A stretch of DNA of 64,000 nucleotides, taken from the NCBI GenBank assembly GCA_023213395.1, contig CM041465.1, forward strand, positions 122,023,741 through 122,087,740. Direction: 5' to 3'. Below the pieces are notes generated by a model, which saw only the letters and a program-made list of their open reading frames with translations, did no database searches and had not been told where the DNA came from. Source of the stretch: Cycas panzhihuaensis (taxonomy: Eukaryota > Plantae > Cycadophyta). Made by a program: the position numbers and the translations under genes. Each line of letters begins with the position of its first letter. The first letter of the stretch is position 1. Shown one piece after another: positions 56,851 through 64,000 of the stretch.

Positions 56851-59800
56851 CCTTATTTTGGAGATGAAATTGTAATCTATTCAAGATGCATTCTGGAGGA
56901 ATTATGAGGAGTTGTTATTCATTAAGAATTAGAAGGGTAGTCTAAGGGACAATGATCTTTCCAAGGTATATTTTTAGATAGAAAACATGAAAGACATTAT
57001 GGATTTTGGTATTAGGAGGAAGTTCGAGGAAATAGACAACTTCACTAATACATTAGATAATCTTATAGGAACTATAATACTAAGGGCTAAGCTTATGATT
57101 TTAATTATTATAGAGGGATTGTTGCTTATAAGGATGGAGGAAAAGGGAAAATAAATTGTATATAGAAAATAATCAATTAAAATTATGGTGGTCAGCTAAC
57201 TATTTTGTGTAATTTTAGGTAGAGATTAAGTTATATTTGAGAGTGTATAGGACTTGATTCATGTCTTACAATTTTTGTTGGATCATGACAATTTGAAGGT
57301 TGGTATCCAATGTATGATGAGATGGTAGAAGGTATCCATAAAACATCATGAAGGAGGGAATACCACTAATGGATTGGTGGGATAAATGATACCAATATTC
57401 TACTAAAGCTTACTAGGAAATCCATTTATTTTGGTGTCTAAAGGTAAAGCATTGTAAGTATGTGTCTAAGGTTTTATTAAGTAATTTGGACTAACCATCC
57501 ATTTTTGGATGGTATGAGGAACTCATATTAAAGGAGGTTCCCAATGTGCAAAAGAGCTCTTTCTAAAATAAATTAGTGAATCAATATTTTTCCTGATATG
57601 AGAATAAGAAGAGTACATTGCTACTAAAGCCCTTATGGAATCAATTTTAGAGTGAGTTTTTATAGAAGGAGCTCATGAACAAGGAGAGCCTACAAAAACA
57701 CCTAATAAAGTGAACATACAAATAACTAATCTAATTATTAGTTAGGCACCTTTAAGCCTCATTTATTTAGATCCTTACTTCACATACCTTAGCTCTCATT
57801 TTAAAATGGATTTTTATCTAATACCTTTTGATGAGAAATAAGGATTGCTATTAAGTTTGAAGTTTCCACTAAAAGTATGGATTGAAGGTTTTTCAAATAT
57901 AAAAGGATGTTGATACTATCTTTTGTTATTTAGAAAAAAAGGTACATTTACTATATCATTGCCACTTCAGCAACATGCCATTGATAGAATGGAAGTTTAA
58001 AGCTTTCGTTTTATAATTATAGATTTTGCAAGGTGACATGTTGAATGCCTTTTTAAAAGGATAATATCATAAGTTATTACTCACATCTTTAGTATCTTCA
58101 TTTTGTACATAGTAGTTTAGGTTTTTTGTTTTCAATAAATAAGTGTGAGAAAGTAGTATAAAATAAATATGGCTATAAGACTTAGCAACTTGGTAATGGA
58201 TGCTTATTTCTAAAACATAAGAAAAGCTTAGTAAATTTGCTCATTCTCATAGCTATATACAGGTGGTCAAGATAATAAAGGAAGAGATGATAAGAGTTAA
58301 ATATTTCTAAAATCAAAAGAAGTGATCTAATCCATCTAGAGAAATTGACATAGGTGTTATGGTAAAATTGTCTTTATATTTCTACTTTTATCAACCTAAT
58401 AATGTTTAATAAAAATAAGGAGGCCAAATGTTACTCCTCATTTTTTGTCATTTAAATGAGGCATAAATGTAGAAATTATAGGAACTTGATTAAAAGAGAG
58501 GAATCAAGAGATATATCTTAGAAAGTAGATGATAAAAAAAACCATAAGTCAAGGAGCTATATGATTTACAAGTCATAATAGGGCAAGTGTATTCAGTTAA
58601 TATTGGGTGATTAATTAGGCTCAGGAAATGATAATAGTAATATGAAGAGGATGATTAAATAATAAAGTGGTAAGTATGGAGGAATTATTGATTTAAAACC
58701 TTAGTCACTACACAAGATAATATGATGCAAGCAAGTACTATATGAGAGGAAATTCTATAGGAAAAGGAATAATGAATGAATCATTCCCTCTTGTTACTAT
58801 TCCACAGAAAGCTTTTATTTGATAACATCTCTTAAGAAAAGAGGTAATCACATAACAAGTATTCACACAGGAAACACATCAAACAGGAAATTCTAATATA
58901 GGAAAGTAGAGGGAACCTAAGCATCAGTGTAATTAATACTAATGCAGTAAGAGCATATGTGGGAAAAGAAAAAGTTATACATTATTCCCATAATGTGAGT
59001 TCTTATACCATTGCTTGTTCCCAAGGATATGTCTATGAGAAAAATAGCTTCGAGTGTAGAAAGAGTAGGTATGGAAGTCATTCATATGGGAAATAGTAGG
59101 TGCAGGAAAGAAAATATAAAATGATGAGAATAGAATAAAAACAATGCTTGCATACTCATTTCCCATATACATCACATTTCTTTTGAATCAATAAAGATAA
59201 AAACAACTACTATGTAGGAGACTATCATGCAAGAAGCCATGATGAAGGAAATAGATAAGAGTATGATATCTTCACATAATATTTTCATGTATTGGAAATT
59301 TATTCAAAATAATTTGTTTAAAGGAAAATTATCACAGGGGCAAGAGCATTGTAGGGAGTGATTACATGGGTCCACACTCTTATAATCCATAGATTTTTAA
59401 AGGGGACCCTTCTAAAAGCAAATGTATAAGTGGATATATAAGGGGGAATGAATAGTAATGAAATCTAAACCTTGAATTTAAAAGAGTACTTTAAATTACA
59501 TCCCTTGATTTTACTTTTCATCTCATGATTAAAGTACAATTACTTAACATGGTAGGATGAGCCCTTAAGAATTTTGGTAATGTTAGCATTTCATTCAAAT
59601 GATTATGCATCTAACCTATAAGAAGTAAGTGCACGATCATTGAAGTTGTAATCAATCAAGTTTACTAGGTACCTCTATCTCACTTGGTAGGCTATAAATT
59701 AATAACCTTAAGAAAGAAAAGAACACATAAGATGCATAATTTATGATTAAGGATTATCTTAAAAATGTTTAATCTAAGTATGTTTCACTATAAAAGATTG

Positions 59801-62800
59801 AGGAGTTGTCATGGTAGGCAACTCTATGCAAATTCTAAAGGATGTGGGATGTCCCTAATCGATGGACATCCATAAGAGGCTTGAATTGTATGGCATTTCA
59901 AGAGCCACCTTGGGTAAATAGTCAACTATGGAAATTTTGTCTAACTCAAAATGAGTTAATATTTAACAAGAAGGCAGTCCCTTATCAAGGATTATAGTGT
60001 GGGAGAACACCTAAATCTAACAAAGTAAGGTCAAATAGAATCATGCAAGCAACTAAACTTAAAGGTAAAATTTTAGTTACTAAGATAACTATAAGCAAAG
60101 GATGGATGGAATCATCAAGTTACATATGCATTCAACTTTTTCCAATTAATGATTATATAATAGATTAGTTAAAGTAGGATCAGTATACAACTTCAGATGC
60201 AACCCTATGTTAGAATAAAAGATTATTTCCATAATTAGCTAACTTCAAGGTGATTGCTAACTAATACATGCCATGAAGATTATTTTAACAGTTATGTAGG
60301 TACTCTCCTAATAGTACCATTATGGTCATGATTACTCTAATGGTTGTACTCACCCTTATCATAACAATAGCACTAACCATATGGAAAGCCATCATCACAC
60401 AAATATCTAGCACAAAATACATTACTTCATTAAGAAGCAAAAATAGTTCCTTAGCATAATAGTTGTTAATCAACATAGTAGAAGTAAAGGTCTAGGCCAT
60501 CATCAAAGATATTTTATTTTAACTTGTAATTCAAGTAGTGGAGACTTACAAGGGAAGACATTGTAGTATAGAAAGGTATTTCTAGTAGACAAAAAGATCG
60601 TCCAGGAAGGGGGGCTAAGGTAGTAGTCACATTTTATTTTTTCTCTAGGATTATTCTTTTTACACTTTTTCCCTTCTTCTTAAACCTTTCTTCTTCTATT
60701 TCTCTACTTATATATGTTTGTATATATATTAGGCTAAGATTGACATTTTTTATAATAGGAATTATTTCATGTAATGGGCTAAATGAGCCTAGTGGGTACT
60801 TAGTAAATATAATCTATTGCTAAAGGCTTCTAATTTTCATTATATCGGTATCATTATGTATCAATTGACCCTAATGGGTAGTACTTAAAGCACTCAGGCA
60901 TCTAGCTATATATATGACAACTTTAGAATAAAATGTAAATTACTTTTATAAATGGTTGCTTATTTCAATCTATTAAGCATTTCATCTAATATTTTGATGT
61001 AAATCTTCTATTGAAGAGAACAATGATTTATATCTTATGATGGCCCTTATTACTAGTTAATAAACCTTTTATATTTCCTCATATTTCAAATGAGCAAGAA
61101 AGTAAATAAGTTGTGTCCTTAAGCTATGTATGATTGGGTCTTTAATAAGAGGTTTCAACTCAAGATCAGTGAAATACTATTAGGAGTTATAGCCATGATT
61201 ATTTTATGTTAAGGACTTTGCCTACTAGTTCAACCTTGGTGGATCAAGAGATTAACCTAGTTTTCTACTCATAGACACATACTTTGAAAGGGTAGATTTT
61301 CTTTTATTTCCTTTTCATTTTCACTTGATTTTATTTCTTTTCTTTCCTCTTTTTAGTTCTATATCTTTTATTTCCCTTGATTACCTTCCCTTCATATTTC
61401 TAAGAACTATCCTTTTAGAACTCTATTCCATTTTCCACTTTGTAAACTCTATGTGTTATTATATTATACAAAAGAAAGAAGTGAACTAAAGGTAGGACAT
61501 ATTGTGACTATTTCACCATTGTTATTTTGTTGAACAAAGTAGGCCTAATCATACTATATCTAATTGTTAAGGGAGGTAATGATGATTAAAAATCAACAAT
61601 AAGTATCTTATATTAAAAGAACTTTGTACCTTGCCAAAAATAGTTGGCTTCTAATTTGAAAAAGAATGATATAACTCAATGATCTAAAATCCCCTTGTTA
61701 AATATCAACCCCTCCCTTAGAAAAGTGACATGTGGCTAACATGAGCTAGAAGAACTGGTGGTAATTATTACCTAGGTACCTTTAGTCACTTTCACCATTT
61801 GTTTTATTTCAGCTATGTCCTCTTAAAACTTGACCATAGCTAGTCCGTTTGAGATTAGAACTTGTTGGTTGCAGAGTGGTGTAGTCTTATAATAATTCTA
61901 AACATGGAAAATTATTCAACTTATTAAAAGAGATCGGTGGTCAAGGTTGTAACTCCTATTCCTTCCTCATCATCTTTTAAAAATTTTTGGGCTATTACCA
62001 TTTAACGCTCCTTGGAGATGTTTATTTTTCCTATAGTTACCTTGGGTAATTAGGACCCTAGTAGGAATTGTTATAGTTCTTTCTCTAACTCCTCTAGTTG
62101 CCTTTTAACTCCATGCACTTGTTAGTATATCACTTGATACAAGTGAAAGAGATTTCTAAGGTAAATTGGTAAATTACCACCTCTTCAAGTAGGAGAGGTC
62201 ACTCTTAGCCAATTTTGCTACTATCTTCATGCTTTGATCTATTCTACATCTAGGGCCTTCTAGAAGGTAGCTTTCTTATCATCTATACTCTACTTAATGG
62301 AATTGGTTTAGCCTAATAGTTCTTAGGAACTCATGGCCACCTCCCAAACTTAACTTACTAAATACCACATTTTCTTATTTCTTCTCTCCTATGTTTATAT
62401 GGTAATTTTTAGGAATATAATTCATGGATTACCATGTTAGAGGAGAATTTGGTAGATAACTTTGTGCTGGGGAGCTCTAAAGGGGCCATCTATTAGAGGG
62501 AAGGGATAACAAAGGGTTAGAATAGATCCTCTATATTTTCTTTAAAGAGCCTCACTCTTAGCCTTATAATAGTCTACCTTATCCTATAATTAAATCACAT
62601 CACTTTTAACTATCTAGCTAATTTATAACTAGAAGCTAGCCTTCTCAATGGGTGAATGTTGGGCCATGGATAAAGTCAATTTATAAAAATCATACTAGAC
62701 CATCCCATCACCATGACATTCTGTAACTCTCTATCTAGAATAATCTAGATTTACTACATATTCTATTTTTTCTTGTCCCATTTGTAAGTTAAGGCAAATT

Positions 62801-63280
62801 AGCCAAATTTTATGAAGAAAAGCATTAAGAAAACCTAGTCTAAATAACCAAAACCAACCACCAAGATCTATCTATTTTGCAACAATAATGAGGATTTAAA
62901 ACTATAATAAATGCAAGTATATAAAACCAAAGATCATTCAACATACACAAGAAAGCATATGTATTACCAAGTACATAAAATTTAACATGGTAAAACCCTA
63001 GTAGAGTTCTAAGGAAACATCCACATAGGAAAGGTATCGATCTTTATTAGTTAAGAATGAAAGATTTATACATGCAGTTTCCACAAAATTCTCACAGTAG
63101 TAATAACCAACAACCACCCACTCATAATGCAATGCAAGATAATATAAGGTGATACAATTACCCTAAAAATAGGTTATAAGAGAAGGTACATCAATTGTAG
63201 CCATCAGATCTAGCTCTTTTTTATGAATAGCCTAGATTCACTTTATAATTTGATAGGTTTTGAGCCCTAACTTTTTTCTT

Positions 63281-63385
63281 TGGGGGCTACTACCCTTGAA
63301 CCCCCACTTGCAAGGGGAGTTCTAGCACCCCTCACACCTCCTAGCCAAAGGGGGTTGTTGTCCCCCTTGGATCCCCCTAAGGAAA
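63281..63385. repeat. G/C-run-rich imperfect palindromic cluster in AT-rich background
   Basis: gggggctactacccttgaaccccc ... gggggttgttgtcccccttggatccccc. Confidence 0.5.
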
Positions 63386-64000
63386 GATTAGTGGGGCAAA
63401 TTATGCCAACAAAGGTCTAAAAAATTAAGCCTCCTCATAATTGTTGTCATATATCCAACAGGAAGGGCCTTTCCTTCCTTAAGATCTTTTAGTTATTTTC
63501 CATATAAGGCAGCATGGGTGAGAGCAAGGGTTGTAATGCAATGTCATGGAAATAGTCTCAATAGATTTTCTAAGGTTGCCTTATAGGAGTGGATATGACT
63601 CTAGGCTGAGCACTTGGCTTAAGGTTTACTTTGAACTTTAGGATGATATAAGTTGACCTATTAAGCTATCTTGCCTTAATTTTTTAATTACTCTATTCTT
63701 AAAGGACATCCAAATCTCTAACCTCTTATTAGATTTATCCTTCTTTAACTATGAAGAGATAAGTGAGTTCATGATAAAATGGATTATGATACTGATAGGA
63801 ATGACATTATTTGATCTCCCCATTATTTAGTAGTCAGGTTAGACTTTAGGGATCTCCATGAATTCTTGTTTGGCTATAGTTCCTTCCTTAGCTACAATGG
63901 GATCTACATAATTGTGATAAGCAAATAGATCACTATTACTATCATTGGAAGGAGTGGGAGCAAGGGAAGGCATAAAACATCTTTGTCAATGAGCCAATAC

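Larger units (their letters stand above)
45889..61601 (+). mobile_element. Element H: Ogre/Tat-like non-autonomous gypsy with ~3.2-kb LTRs and a gag remnant
   Basis: 45892-47959 plus 53756-54951 aligns colinearly with 58429-61601; PBS-like tggcaaccatactagaga at ~54954; PPT-like aaaaataaggagg at ~58411-58423; exact ends and TSD uncertain. Confidence 0.78.

Noticed and set aside
45889-61601. 3-kb direct repeat as a duplicated host gene or segmental duplication
   Set aside because: No coding signal in the repeat; PBS-like, gag and PPT-like features between the copies fit LTRs better.
61602-64000. Possible further decayed retroelement
   Set aside because: No recognisable protein motif, PBS or LTR pair could be established.

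Overview
This is AT-rich, CpG-depleted plant heterochromatin. The retroelement lineages and decay style look gymnosperm-like, which is an inference only. I found no intact host gene, RNA gene or CRISPR array. The window is almost entirely a stack of nested LTR retrotransposons, most resolvable by LTR pairs, PBS/PPT and 5-bp target-site duplications (TSDs). (G1) is a relatively young CRM-type Ty3/gypsy element, <1-6449 (-), inserted in the RNase H of (A1), a decayed Ty1/copia, 6450-12809 (-). (F) is an old Tekay-like gypsy whose gag-protease region is split by A1, D and E. (D) is a non-autonomous LTR element, 13100-17561 (+), with no gag/pol; it carries a mosaic of captured host-gene fragments (group-C-like MAPK, phosphoglycerate kinase, PLS-PPR, FRIGIDA-like, possibly an RLK) and is the most interesting object here. 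(E) is a gag-only gypsy derivative, 17740-20501. There is a three-level nest: A2 (24260-43749) contains B (25659-38176), which contains C (25682-31384). A ~1.6-kb (TA)n array has grown at the TATA-like position of only one LTR of B. (H) is an Ogre/Tat-like gag-only element with ~3.2-kb LTRs (~45890-61600), one of which is interrupted by a full-length decayed copia (I, 47960-53750). All alignments and translations were done by eye; family assignments need HMM/BLAST confirmation.
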